IMG/VR virus record: IMGVR_UViG_3300048930_000242
Location: 89,341-153,340 of that record
Direction: 5' to 3' (one strand)
Length of the DNA stretch: 64,000 bases
From: a virus
This document shows, in pieces, positions 19,371 through 29,084 of the stretch. Every line of letters begins with the position of its first letter. Position 1 is the stretch's first letter. The notes under the pieces were generated by a model. That model had not been told where the DNA came from and searched no databases. It saw only the letters and a program-made list of their open reading frames with translations. The translations under genes and the position numbers were made by a program.

Positions 19371-19802
19371 CTATTCGTTTATGACTTCTCGGATAATCCG
19401 AATCATTCTGGTTACGGACTCCGGAGTGTCAGCCAAATCATCGTATTGCCCCATATGATAGATCAGGCCATTGATTTCGGCTTCTTGAAAATCATGGAAC
19501 TTCTCGATCTCACGGTACCAGAAGCTGACTTTCACTTCTTCCAGGATTTCATAGGTCCAAGCATATTGGTCAAGTCTACAAAATCGACCTTTCGAAAGAA
19601 ACCGAATCACTCTGCGAATCCATTCATGCTTCTTATAGGATTCGCGGAACTCATTCACGAGTTGTGTGATACAGTTTTGCTTATAGATCCGATTCTGGAT
19701 CTTCAGCACTTCTAAGTCTTTTTTGGTTTCCCAAGCTTTCATTATGCATGGCCTCAAAATAGATTCTGGCGAAAGAAAATAGGCCAAGTACGGCCAAAAC
19801 AA
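19371..19802 (-). CDS. hypothetical protein
   Basis: ORF in operon. Confidence 0.55.
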   Translation of the reverse strand: MFWPYLAYFLSPESILRPCIMKAWETKKDLEVLKIQNRIYKQNCITQLVNEFRESYKKHEWIRRVIRFLSKGRFCRLDQYAWTYEILEEVKVSFWYREIEKFHDFQEAEINGLIYHMGQYDDLADTPESVTRMIRIIREVINE

Positions 19803-19832
19803 TCAAGAGAAACATAATAAACAACCACGTGA

Positions 19833-20045
19833 TCATGCCGAAATCAGGTGACTGCTATCCCAAAGTTTGAATCCGCAGATTGGTGTGTCGAGCAGACACG
19901 TGTTTGGATGGCCTTGCGCTTCGTCGTATCCAACGACGGTTGCCACCTTTCCATCCGGCTTGACCGGAAACTGGCCCTTGGCCCCGATGGCCGCTCCATC
20001 GCGGACCTTCACTTTGGCTCCGATAGGAAACCGTTGAATGTTCAT
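19833..20045 (-). CDS. small SH3/KOW-like protein
   Basis: FPIGAKVKV...GKVATVVG. Confidence 0.55.
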   Translation of the reverse strand: MNIQRFPIGAKVKVRDGAAIGAKGQFPVKPDGKVATVVGYDEAQGHPNTCLLDTPICGFKLWDSSHLISA

Positions 20046-20281
20046 TCTGTGACTCTCCTTACATTATCAGTTGCTGAATTCTTGAAATCGCTTTCGTACC
20101 ATCCCTTTCCCTTCAGCCGAAACTCCGGAGCGGTCAAAATGGTCTTCTCCAGAAGGCAGATCTTTTCAACCTGATCCGTCTGGAGACATTCCGAAGGCAT
20201 CCGATCTTCGGCCGCCGAAATAGAAAGGAACTTCTCTGTCACTAGCCCGCATTTCGGGCACACATAATCAAATGTCGGCAT
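20042..20281 (-). CDS. FmdB-family zinc-ribbon protein
   Basis: MPTFDYVCPKCG...FRLKGKGWYESD. Confidence 0.85.
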   Translation of the reverse strand: MPTFDYVCPKCGLVTEKFLSISAAEDRMPSECLQTDQVEKICLLEKTILTAPEFRLKGKGWYESDFKNSATDNVRRVTE

Positions 20282-20619
20282 TACTTGACCTCGATTCTCT
20301 TGGAGACGGAACAGAGAGTGTTTGGCTCCACTGGAACCAACTCATAGGATTTCCGGTCATCAGAGAAGAACAATGTGAAAACCACATCGCCGTTATCAGA
20401 TGAAGTTGTGAAGTCCAGAATATCATAGCGTGTATACACCGTCTTGTAGTTGCCATCCTTGTCGGTTGCGACGCACTTCATGTCGAAGACGACGTCTGGC
20501 TCCTTGTTAGAGGACTGGCTGATTGCTGGCTGAGTTGCAACCCAAAGCCCGGCGGCCAGAAAGAACGCACCGACCATAATGGATAGGCGCTTGGTCAAAG
20601 GATTTGAGTTTACCTTCAT
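20281..20619 (-). CDS. putative exported protein
   Basis: signal-peptide-like N-terminus. Confidence 0.6.
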   Translation of the reverse strand: MKVNSNPLTKRLSIMVGAFFLAAGLWVATQPAISQSSNKEPDVVFDMKCVATDKDGNYKTVYTRYDILDFTTSSDNGDVVFTLFFSDDRKSYELVPVEPNTLCSVSKRIEVK

Positions 20620-20654
20620 TGCTACTTTCCTTGTTGTTTCTAATGGTTATCTAT

Positions 20655-22004
20655 TCAGGCTATCTTTGCGAGATCGGCGGCGAACTCTTTCTCCGGCTTC
20701 AAACCAGAAATCCGCTTGATCTCCTTCTCGAGCTCCTTGATTTTCTTCTCGGTCTCTTGGAGGACTTCGTTGGTGAACTGGTAGACCGGAAGGTTCACCA
20801 GTCGATCCATGTTGGACTCGATTTCCTCGGTCTGGAATCCTTCACTTCGGAGAGTTCCACCGAATTGATCACGAAGTTTAGCCTTTGTGGTCCGCAGATT
20901 GAAGTAATCATGCGGACTAAGTCCGACAGCCTCTACCAAACGGCGCTTCATTTTCAAGAAAATGAAGTCTTGATTAAGTGCCGCTAGTTCCCTTGCAAAT
21001 CGCTTTGGGTATACGGTCAGACGGTACTGAACGAAATCCCATACAAGTGAACCTATGGTCGGGTAGGTATTGACCTTGCCGTCCGGACTGATGACCACGA
21101 TATTCTCGGTCATCTTGACTACAAGCTTCAGATCGGCCAGAATCTGGCCGTCGTCCTTCTTCTCCAGAGAGGACGGAACCTTCAAGGAGAAGCGGAAGCG
21201 GCCGCCGGAGGTCTCGTCGGTGTAGTCATTGATGACACCCTTCTCGATCAACTTCTCGAGCTTCTCGATGTAGCCTTCACGGTCATAGCCGTATGGCAGT
21301 TCAGTCACAATGATCCGCTTCTTGTCTCGCTCGATCTTGCCGGAGACAATCCATGAAGTCCGGCCGTTCTCTTCAAACGGTTTCACCGATCCGAAGAACT
21401 GCGGAAACGAAGGCTTGATATGAGTCGCCCTGGCCTTCTCTTCCGAGAGTCCGCCAAGGATCTCCAAGACGAAGTCCTTGATCGAGGAGATGGACCGTGG
21501 GAAGATGTCGGTGGCGAAGCCGACGGCCATGCCCGACGCGCCATTGATCGCCACGACAGGAAGGATCGGGAGGAAGAAAGATGGCTCGTTGCCGTCCGGA
21601 GACTGGCGACAGTCCTCGGAGTCCAAGAAGATCGGCAATGCGGCCGGATTGACTCGGACCGAAGTGTATCGAGCGGCTGCTGGGACCTGGACGATCCTGG
21701 AGCCGAAGTTGCCTTCACCCTCTAGAAGCGGAAGGTTGTTGGCCCATGGAGCGGCCATCAAAGATGCGGCGTCTTGGAGTGAGGAATCGCCGTGGTGGTA
21801 GTCGGCCTCGACAATCACCTGACCGCAGAGAGCAGCGGTCTTGGTGAACTTCTTGGCGTGGTTCGTTGCGGTCCAGAAGATCTTCCGTTGGGAAGGCTTC
21901 ATCCCATCAATCAATGATGGGATGGCTCGTGAGAAAACCACATACCGGGCGTAATCCCGGTGCGGTCCATTGATGAGATCAGTGATTGTGGTCAAACGAA
22001 CCAT
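20655..22004 (-). CDS. DNA topoisomerase II medium subunit (T4 gp52, GyrA/ParC-like)
   Basis: RAIPSLIDGMKPSQRK, YHHGDSS, GNFGSR, AAARYT catalytic Tyr. Confidence 0.95.
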   Translation of the reverse strand: MVRLTTITDLINGPHRDYARYVVFSRAIPSLIDGMKPSQRKIFWTATNHAKKFTKTAALCGQVIVEADYHHGDSSLQDAASLMAAPWANNLPLLEGEGNFGSRIVQVPAAARYTSVRVNPAALPIFLDSEDCRQSPDGNEPSFFLPILPVVAINGASGMAVGFATDIFPRSISSIKDFVLEILGGLSEEKARATHIKPSFPQFFGSVKPFEENGRTSWIVSGKIERDKKRIIVTELPYGYDREGYIEKLEKLIEKGVINDYTDETSGGRFRFSLKVPSSLEKKDDGQILADLKLVVKMTENIVVISPDGKVNTYPTIGSLVWDFVQYRLTVYPKRFARELAALNQDFIFLKMKRRLVEAVGLSPHDYFNLRTTKAKLRDQFGGTLRSEGFQTEEIESNMDRLVNLPVYQFTNEVLQETEKKIKELEKEIKRISGLKPEKEFAADLAKIA

Positions 22005-22209
22005 CCCATGATGGCGCCAAGCGGCGCGATGAAGATTCCAACCACTCGGAGGATCGTCTCACCGTCGAGGATGAACGGACTCTCGGTGGCGAGCTTGTAA
22101 ATGTTCATGATCCAACCGATGCCGGCCAGGATAAGAAAAGCGAACATGCCAAGCAAAGTAGAAGTTCCGAAATTCCACGACCGCTGGATCGACTCATTGT
22201 GTTCTCCTT

Positions 22210-22581
22210 TTAGATTTCTTGTGAGGCCAAAAAGGCCAGGTGTTCAACTTCGGCTTCTGTTGGAGCGAAAAGCAGAACTCGCTTCCCATTGATTTCGTCC
22301 TCGAACGGATCATGGGTGCAATACACTTGCCCATAGGCCTTGACCAATTTCCGAATGAACCTCTTATCGGTCTCCGGAGAAACTGAATCTGGAGAGTGAT
22401 CTTCGAAAAGTCGTTCCAACGAGTGCTTCCATTTGACTCTGTTGAGGAAGATCATACGCACCTCACCATAGCGAAGATGACGCAGAGAACGGCGATCACG
22501 ATGATCACATTGTCCATCTTGTTCGAGAGTTCGGGTTGGATTTTCATGCCATTTCTCCAGTTGGTAGATGAATTTTACCAC
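22210..22581 (-). CDS. hypothetical protein
   Basis: real start probably the internal MIFLNR. Confidence 0.45.
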   Translation of the reverse strand: MVKFIYQLEKWHENPTRTLEQDGQCDHRDRRSLRHLRYGEVRMIFLNRVKWKHSLERLFEDHSPDSVSPETDKRFIRKLVKAYGQVYCTHDPFEDEINGKRVLLFAPTEAEVEHLAFLASQEI

Positions 22582-22616
22582 AAAGAAGAGCGGATGTCCA
22601 ACACTGAATTGTAAAC
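22572..22616 (-). promoter_or_regulatory. early-type promoter copy
   Basis: GTTTACAATTCAGTG.TGGACA-N17-TAAAAT. Confidence 0.82.
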
Positions 22617-22620
22617 AATG

Positions 22621-23046
22621 TTACTTCGAGACCCATGGACACTCGACGAAGCACAGGTTTGGACGAGTCACTTTGATCGTCTCTTGAGTTCCATATGGAC
22701 TGAAGCTCGCGGTCTTCATTGGACCAAACACCGTGTCTAATTCCTTCGCTATTACTGCGAATTGCTGTGGGTCATCTTCAAAGATGGTTTCGATTTGGTG
22801 ACCAGACTGAAGCAGCTGGAGAATCGTCTTGGCCTTGTGCCGGCCGGAGTCTTCACGCGTTCGCCCTTGGCTTTTGAGTTTCATGTTGAAGTAGATCGGA
22901 GGCCAATTCGCCGGCTCGCCGAGAAGATTCTGTAGCTTGTTGTAGACGATTTCGCACTCGTCGAACCCTCGGCCTGTGATGATCACATCGAAGGCCGTCG
23001 GACAAAGTCCGATAGACACCACACCATCAAAGTCAAACACGTTCAT
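22621..23046 (-). CDS. HAD-family phosphatase (PseT-phosphatase-like)
   Basis: DFDGV motif I, ITGR, K, FEDD. Confidence 0.75.
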   Translation of the reverse strand: MNVFDFDGVVSIGLCPTAFDVIITGRGFDECEIVYNKLQNLLGEPANWPPIYFNMKLKSQGRTREDSGRHKAKTILQLLQSGHQIETIFEDDPQQFAVIAKELDTVFGPMKTASFSPYGTQETIKVTRPNLCFVECPWVSK

Positions 23047-23057
23047 TCATAGTCTCC

Positions 23058-24932
23058 TTAGGACAACCAAACTTTCCGAGCGTCGGCCGAAGGCCCAAAG
23101 GCGATCATCAAGGACTTCTCGGCATCTTCATCTTTCTCGATCTTGGTCCAGCGCGGATTGCGGATCATCTCGGCGTAATCGGTCTCATTCATCGAACCAA
23201 GACCTTTCAGGTAGGTCGCCTTGGCCTTGGCCGGAATCGCCTTCAGAGCCTCCTCATCTTGGCCGTAGATGAAGCCAACCTTGGTTCCGTCGGTCCATCG
23301 GTAAGAAGGCGGCTCCACAGCCCAGAGGTGACCACCGGCAACCAGGTTAGGCCAGAGGCGCATGAAGAGGTTCACCAGAAGAGCCTTGATCGAGGCACCG
23401 TCATGATCGGCGTCGGCCATGATTGCGATTCGTCCGTACTCCAGGTCCTTTGGATCGACTTCCTCTCCAGGGCGGATCCCGAGCACGGCGGCGATCTCCT
23501 TAACCTCCTTGTTCTCGAAGATCTCGTTCAGAGTCATCCCGTGAGCGTTGATGATCTTTCCGCGGAGCGGAAAGCCACCATGCCGCTGAGGATCACGGAC
23601 GTTCGAGAGCTGGCCGATTGCCGAGTCGCCTTCTGTCAAGAAGAGGATTCGCTGAGCCGGATCAGGATGGTTGGCCGGAAGATGCTTGGCCACTCGGAGT
23701 TTCTTCATGTCCTTGCCAAGGCGCTTCACCTCGGCTCGCTCCTTCGCTTCCTTCTTCAGGATGAAGGCCTCGACGATCTGGTCGCAGATATGAGACGAGC
23801 CGATCATCTTCTTGGCAACAGCCTCTCCGTCGAAGTCCTTGATCAGATGAGTCCAAGAACCCGGCGGAGAGCTCAGGTACTCCTTGGTCTGTGACCGGAA
23901 CTGAGGATCGACCACACCATCGAGCATCACAACGAAACAAGTCTTCGCTCGGATGTCGTTCGGCTTGATGTCGACCTTGTGTTTCTTGGACAGCTTGGCG
24001 GCGACCACATCGATGATCTTGTTGCGGACGTACTCCAGATGAGTGCCGCCTTCGTAGGTGTCAATTCCGTTCACGAAGCTCAGGTTGATGTTGTCATCCG
24101 ATGAGAGGATCGCCAGGCGAAGGTTCTCGTACTCGAAGACCAGTGGGTCTGGACCGATTCCACAAAGAGGACTCGAAGAGATCGCTCCGGCGTACCGCTT
24201 GAAGGTTCGGCTCTGGACAACCAGGCCGTCCAACTTGAACGTGATGGCTGGGAAGCATGCCGCCAGGTCGAAGATTCGACGCCGAATGATCCGGACCGCG
24301 GTCTCCACGCTGTCAAGGTCAAAGATCGAACGATCCGGCATATATGAGATCTTGGTGTATGGGTCGCCTTTCTTCGGAGACAAGGCGCGCTTCCTCTGGA
24401 TTCCACGACAAGACTTGAGGCTGTAGAAAAGCTCGCCGTCCTCGATCTCTGCCTGGAAGTCCTCGGACAAGATGTTGACCAATGTAACGCCAAGGCCGTG
24501 AGTTCCGATAGAGACCGCACGGTCGGCATCGAAGTTGCTGCCGGCTCGGAGGTGCTGAAGAGCCAGGTCGGCCATCAGATGCTCTGAGTCCTTGGCCTTC
24601 CGCAATGGAATGCCGCGGCCATTGTCCCGAACGGTGAACCGGTAGTTGCCGAAGTCCTTCTCGGTGTTTACCCAGATGGTAAAGGTTCCGCCTTTGGCCG
24701 ACTTATGGCCAAGTCGATAGGACTCATCGATGGCATTCGAGACAACCTCGTCGAAGAGCTTCACCAGCGCCGGCGAGTACGAAACCTCTTCCCACTTCAG
24801 CTCCGGAAGGTTCTTGCTCTCGTCCAAGACCCAACAGGTCTTCACCTGCGGCGCAACTGCGCCGACATACATTGAACTACGTAACCTGACATGTTCAATA
24901 TCAGTTAATGCTACAATGTTATTGTCGTTCAT
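23058..24932 (-). CDS. DNA topoisomerase II large subunit (gp39+gp60, GyrB-like)
   Basis: EVVSNAIDE, DNGRGIP, EGDSA, PLRGK, DADHDG, KGLG. Confidence 0.96.
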   Translation of the reverse strand: MNDNNIVALTDIEHVRLRSSMYVGAVAPQVKTCWVLDESKNLPELKWEEVSYSPALVKLFDEVVSNAIDESYRLGHKSAKGGTFTIWVNTEKDFGNYRFTVRDNGRGIPLRKAKDSEHLMADLALQHLRAGSNFDADRAVSIGTHGLGVTLVNILSEDFQAEIEDGELFYSLKSCRGIQRKRALSPKKGDPYTKISYMPDRSIFDLDSVETAVRIIRRRIFDLAACFPAITFKLDGLVVQSRTFKRYAGAISSSPLCGIGPDPLVFEYENLRLAILSSDDNINLSFVNGIDTYEGGTHLEYVRNKIIDVVAAKLSKKHKVDIKPNDIRAKTCFVVMLDGVVDPQFRSQTKEYLSSPPGSWTHLIKDFDGEAVAKKMIGSSHICDQIVEAFILKKEAKERAEVKRLGKDMKKLRVAKHLPANHPDPAQRILFLTEGDSAIGQLSNVRDPQRHGGFPLRGKIINAHGMTLNEIFENKEVKEIAAVLGIRPGEEVDPKDLEYGRIAIMADADHDGASIKALLVNLFMRLWPNLVAGGHLWAVEPPSYRWTDGTKVGFIYGQDEEALKAIPAKAKATYLKGLGSMNETDYAEMIRNPRWTKIEKDEDAEKSLMIAFGPSADARKVWLS

Positions 24933-25674
24933 TCATTTTCCTGATTGTTGTTCTGACGCATCTTTTCCTAATTTCACTATAGCCTTTTTGATTCATATAG
25001 GTTTCTAATTCATCATTTTGCAGCTTTGAGATTTTCTCATAATGAACTTTACTGGCTTTATTTTTGAATATATGCGGTCTTTCTTTTGAATCGCCTGTGA
25101 AAGATTTCGGAAGATTGATTCTACCGGCTGTCCATCCTGGCTGAATGTTGTTTGGTTTCACTCTAGAATTTTTGATTCCATTGTTCACCCATACTAGCCC
25201 AGTTGTTGGACATCTAATTCTACCTAATTCCCATCCATTTGGAATTTCAATTCTATCGGTTGGCCAAGTGATTTCAGTAATTTGATTGTTTATCCATTTC
25301 CAACCGCATACCGAAGAATCGCCATTTATTTTCCTAAATCCAGATCCAGAAGTTCCATTTAAGAATTTCTTATTCTTTCCGGCCATAACTTTTCTTAGAA
25401 ATCTATGTTCCCAATTGAAGCATTTCATCGGTTGGGTGTAGAATCTTTCTCTAATTTGGTATGAGAAAGATTCTACACCATCTTGGTGGATCAAGGCCTT
25501 AACGACATTTGAAGATGTGAAATATGTCACAAACAAATCTAATTCTGGTTCAACTGTTGACAATCTTGCTCCATAATATAGCAGGCCACTCTTGTGTCTT
25601 AAAAGATAGCAATATCCAATCATTGAAGCCTCCAATGTACATGATGCTATACTATGTATATTGGAGAATGCCAA
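24919..25674 (-). mobile_element. freestanding Seg-like (GIY-YIG type) homing endonuclease
   Basis: YCY...YYGAR...YFTSS motif, KWINN/GW..GR repeats; AT-rich relative to flanks. Confidence 0.75.
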
Positions 25675-25841
25675 TATGTAAATTAGACGAGCATCTCTCC
25701 TACTTCCTAAGGTTGTATCTTACCACACTTCGACGGCCTTGTACAGCTTTATTTTGGTGGAGTCTGGTGGGCTGACAGACTGGCCACTAGAAAGAATTCA
25801 CCTAGATCACCCGTTGTGTCTCTAAGTGACTGATCTTCAGC

Positions 25842-25872
25842 AAAAGAAAAGGGGCCTTGCGGCCCCTCTCTT
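25842..25872. terminator. rho-independent terminator
   Basis: GGGGCC-TTGC-GGCCCC hairpin with U-rich tail on - strand. Confidence 0.8.
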
Positions 25873-25890
25873 GTTTATACAGCTAGACCA

Positions 25891-26430
25891 TCATTCCCAG
25901 ACTTCGGACTTCGCGGTCACCGAGGTCTTGATGGTGAACACCGAGAACTTGGTGCCTGGGTACTCCTTGGCCAGACGAAGAGCTTCGACCTTGCCGGAAT
26001 GAAGGCTCGTGTGGACCTTCGGAGAACTCGAGAAGACCGGAGCGCCGTTCACGATCTTGGCGATCACGCAGAACTCAATCGGTTGGGCGGAGCACGGCTT
26101 GACTTCTACAGTCGCCGGAGCCGAGTTTCCGAACTTCCAGGCGTTCGGATTGCGAACCGCGAAGCTTTCTCGGTTTCGCTTCAGGATGCTCTCATGGTAG
26201 GTGAGGCGGCAGCCACTGTGGGTTGGTTCGAATGAGAAATAACGTCCACTGACGGTCTTGGTCCCACGGAGCTGGGCCAAATAGGCCACACCGCCGCCGG
26301 CGAAACTCACCAAGACCTTTGGTCCAAGAGACGAAATCTTGGAGAAGAGCAGGCCAGTCTCGGAAATGAAATAAGAGCCGCGGCGCACGGAACTCAAAAC
26401 CAAAGCAAGATCAATCACGTTCATCTTCAC
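25891..26430 (-). CDS. hypothetical protein
   Basis: GAGGAG RBS before GTG. Confidence 0.65.
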   Translation of the reverse strand: MKMNVIDLALVLSSVRRGSYFISETGLLFSKISSLGPKVLVSFAGGGVAYLAQLRGTKTVSGRYFSFEPTHSGCRLTYHESILKRNRESFAVRNPNAWKFGNSAPATVEVKPCSAQPIEFCVIAKIVNGAPVFSSSPKVHTSLHSGKVEALRLAKEYPGTKFSVFTIKTSVTAKSEVWE

Positions 26431-26444
26431 AGCTCCTCATAGTT

Positions 26445-26830
26445 AGACATCGTAAGAATTCTTGTCGGATTTTCTTCCCGCTTTGCGCAGGCTAGTGGAT
26501 GGCTACGAGACTGGTCGATCCGACAACCTCCAGCCAAGAAGGGTTCCTTTTGGTAAGAACCTCTATCTTAAGACCCTCTCTGTTCCGGTGGTAGCTAACC
26601 AACACAGTGGTAGAGAAAACCAACAGAGCGTTAACGATTGCTGCAAAACGAGTGGACACATACCACTACACGCCGGCTAGTTTGAATTGTTAGCCGGGCC
26701 AATGTCTCCAAGATGCCACTCTCGGAGATGTTCCTCAATTTGCGCCGTTCGCGGACTTGCAAATCCCAACGGCTTTCATTGGCTCTTAACCGTCTAGCTA
26801 TGTCTTGCAAAACACAACTAGAATGAACTT
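26445..26830 (-). ncRNA. unassigned structured ncRNA (~390 nt)
   Basis: no credible ORF; nested helices GCCAATG/CATTGGC, CCGGCTA/TAGCCGG, CTCTGTT/AACAGAG, TTGTCGGAT/ATCCGACAA. Confidence 0.55.
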
Positions 26831-26832
26831 TC

Positions 26833-26919
26833 TGGCGGAAAGCAGAGGTCCCGATCCCCAGCCCTTTCGGACCCATTCGCTTTCGAGGCGATGCCGACTC
26901 CCTGGTCGGTTTACTTTCC
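26833..26919 (-). tRNA. tRNA-Ser(CGA)
   Basis: cloverleaf, long V-arm, CCA; atypical T-loop ATCGGGA. Confidence 0.85.
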
Positions 26920-26923
26920 ATGT

Positions 26924-26998
26924 TGGTCGCGCTGGGCGGACTCGAACCGCCTACTTCGGCTTATGAGGCCGGTGTGTTTCCCGTTAAACCACAGCGCA
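26924..26998 (-). tRNA. tRNA-Met/Ile2(CAT)
   Basis: CTCATAA loop, GTTCGA, CCA. Confidence 0.85.
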
Positions 26999-27007
26999 TC
27001 AATTTTC

Positions 27008-27074
27008 GACTGGTCCCAGGTTCGACCTGGATCTCCTCTTAGAGGGAGGCGACTTTGCCTTAGTCCAACCAGTC
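27008..27074 (-). ncRNA. tRNA-like cloverleaf with CTA in the anticodon-equivalent loop, no CCA
   Basis: GACTGGT/ACCAGTC, GACT/AGTC, CTCC/GGAG, CCAGG/CCTGG stems. Confidence 0.55.
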
Positions 27075-27189
27075 TTGCGCACTCCGCTCCTAGCTAGGTC
27101 GCGATCTTAGCGTACGTTGGAGTGTCTACGTACGAGCATCTGGCTTTGGTGATGCCGCAACGGACCAGCCAGAGAATCCGTCTTGGATC

Positions 27190-27489
27190 TTATGCAGCCG
27201 CCTTCAACTTGGCGATTCCGAGCAACTGCCCAGCGTACTTCACCATTGCCTTCCTAGCGACCGCGAGCTGCTTCGGAGTCAAGAAGCCACGAGCCTTAAG
27301 CTGCTTCGAGAAGCTCGAAAGGATCGGAGCATCGACACCGTTGAAGCCAACACCGTTGTTCTTGTTGGTCGACTCGGACGCTTGTTCGTCCTGAGTCTGG
27401 TAGTCGAAGATTGCCAGAAGACCGCGGTACAGCCACCGGTCGGAGGCGATCAACTTCTCAACAATGAACTCTTTCGTCAAGGTCGTCAT
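27190..27489 (-). CDS. conserved hypothetical phage protein
   Basis: QTQDEQ...NGVGF..DA..LSS...KYAGQL. Confidence 0.75.
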   Translation of the reverse strand: MTTLTKEFIVEKLIASDRWLYRGLLAIFDYQTQDEQASESTNKNNGVGFNGVDAPILSSFSKQLKARGFLTPKQLAVARKAMVKYAGQLLGIAKLKAAA

Positions 27490-27493
27490 GGCT

Positions 27494-27718
27494 TCAGCCC
27501 TTGTTCTTGCGGATGGCGGATTCGATCACCGACTTCATCGAGCGGCATTTCCATTCCGGGATCATCGCCCAGACCATGCCTTTCTTCGTGTTGCGCTCGA
27601 CCTTGTACATGACGCATTCGAAACCACTTCCGTCGACGTAGTTCTGGCGGCAATAACGAGTTCCGCTGATCTCAACGATCGTTTCGGTCTGGTTCGGCTT
27701 TGTCATCATGATCTTCAT
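27494..27718 (-). CDS. hypothetical protein
   Basis: directly downstream of promoter copy. Confidence 0.55.
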   Translation of the reverse strand: MKIMMTKPNQTETIVEISGTRYCRQNYVDGSGFECVMYKVERNTKKGMVWAMIPEWKCRSMKSVIESAIRKNKG

Positions 27719-27735
27719 CTCCAGTTGTTAGAATG

Positions 27736-27780
27736 ATTCTAACACAACGGAGAGGCCTTGTCCAGCACTGAATTGTAAAC
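27736..27780 (-). promoter_or_regulatory. early-type promoter copy
   Basis: exact GTTTACAATTCAGTGCTGGACA, then N17-TAGAAT. Confidence 0.88.
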
Positions 27781-27969
27781 TTTACTGCAGAGAAGGATCA
27801 TCGTAGTCGAAGACGTTGATGAACCGATCCTTGTCTGGGAAGAGTCGATGCTCTTCCTTGAACGGAACGAAAAACATGTAGAAGGCATAGACGGCGTAGC
27901 CGATGAACACAAAGAGCATCAATGCCGACATCACGATCGTATCGAGGTACATTTCTCATCTCCGTAGAT

Positions 27970-28046
27970 TGGAGCTCGAGACGGGAATCGAACCCGCATC
28001 TTCCTGGCTGAGAACCAGGCATCCTAAGCCTTTAGACGACTCGAGC
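27970..28046 (-). tRNA. tRNA-Glu(CTC)
   Basis: cloverleaf, CCA. Confidence 0.9.
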
Positions 28047-28051
28047 GTTTC

Positions 28052-28124
28052 GGCGGTCTTCCGGATTCGAACCGGAGTCTCTGCTACCAAAGAGCAGTAT
28101 CCTAAGCCTCTAGACGAAGCCCGC
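28052..28124 (-). tRNA. tRNA-Gln(TTG), no encoded CCA
   Basis: CTTTGGT loop; one acceptor mismatch. Confidence 0.7.
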
Positions 28125-28135
28125 ACAGTAAAACT

Positions 28136-28209
28136 TGGTGGCCCTGTCAGGAATCGAACCTGCGTCTCCACCTTATCAGGGTGGAGCTCTACCATTGAGC
28201 TACAGGGCC
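28136..28209 (-). tRNA. tRNA-Ile(GAT)
   Basis: cloverleaf, CCA. Confidence 0.92.
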
Positions 28210-28500
28210 TTACTTTCTCATGTACTTAGCAAACAATTCGATGGTTCGCTGAGAGTGGATATGCCGACCGGACTCTTCATCCCAGACCTTTCGCCACTCA
28301 TCTTTCGCCCACCAACTCTTCCCATCTTTTGGACCACCCCAAGGGTTTCCGAACTTCTTCGGTTGCGGCATGTCTTCCTTTCCGATCAGAAGGAGCATCC
28401 TGACGAGCCTACGCTCTCTTCTGTGCTCAAACGCCTTGTACAACTTCTCTGATCCGCTAGCATTCCCAAAGATCGGGGTCTTCTTTCTTGATCTGCTCAT
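28210..28500 (-). CDS. basic hypothetical protein
   Basis: MSRSRKKTPI...GPKDGK...MRK conserved phage pattern. Confidence 0.7.
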   Translation of the reverse strand: MSRSRKKTPIFGNASGSEKLYKAFEHRRERRLVRMLLLIGKEDMPQPKKFGNPWGGPKDGKSWWAKDEWRKVWDEESGRHIHSQRTIELFAKYMRK

Positions 28501-28522
28501 GTGTCACCATAGGTTAGGGTAC

Positions 28523-28708
28523 CTACATGACTTTCACCTGAGTCTTCTTGACCTGTTCTTGGAGGTCGCGAAGCTCAGCAGCGAGCTTCGCGCGTTCGTT
28601 GTAGTCTTTCGGAGAAGCGTATGGGTCAAGATTGGCCAACTCAACACGGATCTCATCCATGCGAGCCTTCACTTTCTGAATCCTCTTGAACTCCAACAGC
28701 GTGTTCAC
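28523..28708 (-). CDS. small coiled-coil protein
   Basis: GGAG RBS. Confidence 0.5.
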   Translation of the reverse strand: MNTLLEFKRIQKVKARMDEIRVELANLDPYASPKDYNERAKLAAELRDLQEQVKKTQVKVM

Positions 28709-28720
28709 ATTGCTTCTCCG

Positions 28721-28975
28721 TTATGACTCCCTCGCCAAGGAGGTGAGTCGAAATGTCTTGATCGGTCGACCTGGAAGGTCCATCTTAACCTTGGCATGCA
28801 TCGTTCCACCGTGAGGCTTCTGTCGCTGATGGTCCCATTCTTGATCTTGAGGAGTCTTGAAGACCTCAAGAACAACTCCGGTCATGCCAGCCTTTGCGTA
28901 GTTGGCGTCCTCGTTACGAGAAATGTCTCGGAGGACAGACACAACATCTTTCGGTCGAATTCCGGGATGACTCAT
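28721..28975 (-). CDS. SH3-like hypothetical protein
   Basis: AAGGAG RBS before MSHPG. Confidence 0.55.
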   Translation of the reverse strand: MSHPGIRPKDVVSVLRDISRNEDANYAKAGMTGVVLEVFKTPQDQEWDHQRQKPHGGTMHAKVKMDLPGRPIKTFRLTSLARES

Positions 28976-29084
28976 GATCAACTCCTTCAAAATGGCGGAA
29001 GCAGGACGTCTCGATCGCCATACCCTTTCAGGTACCCAACGCTTTCCAGGCGTGGCCGACTCCCCGGTCGGTTCAGCTTCCTTA

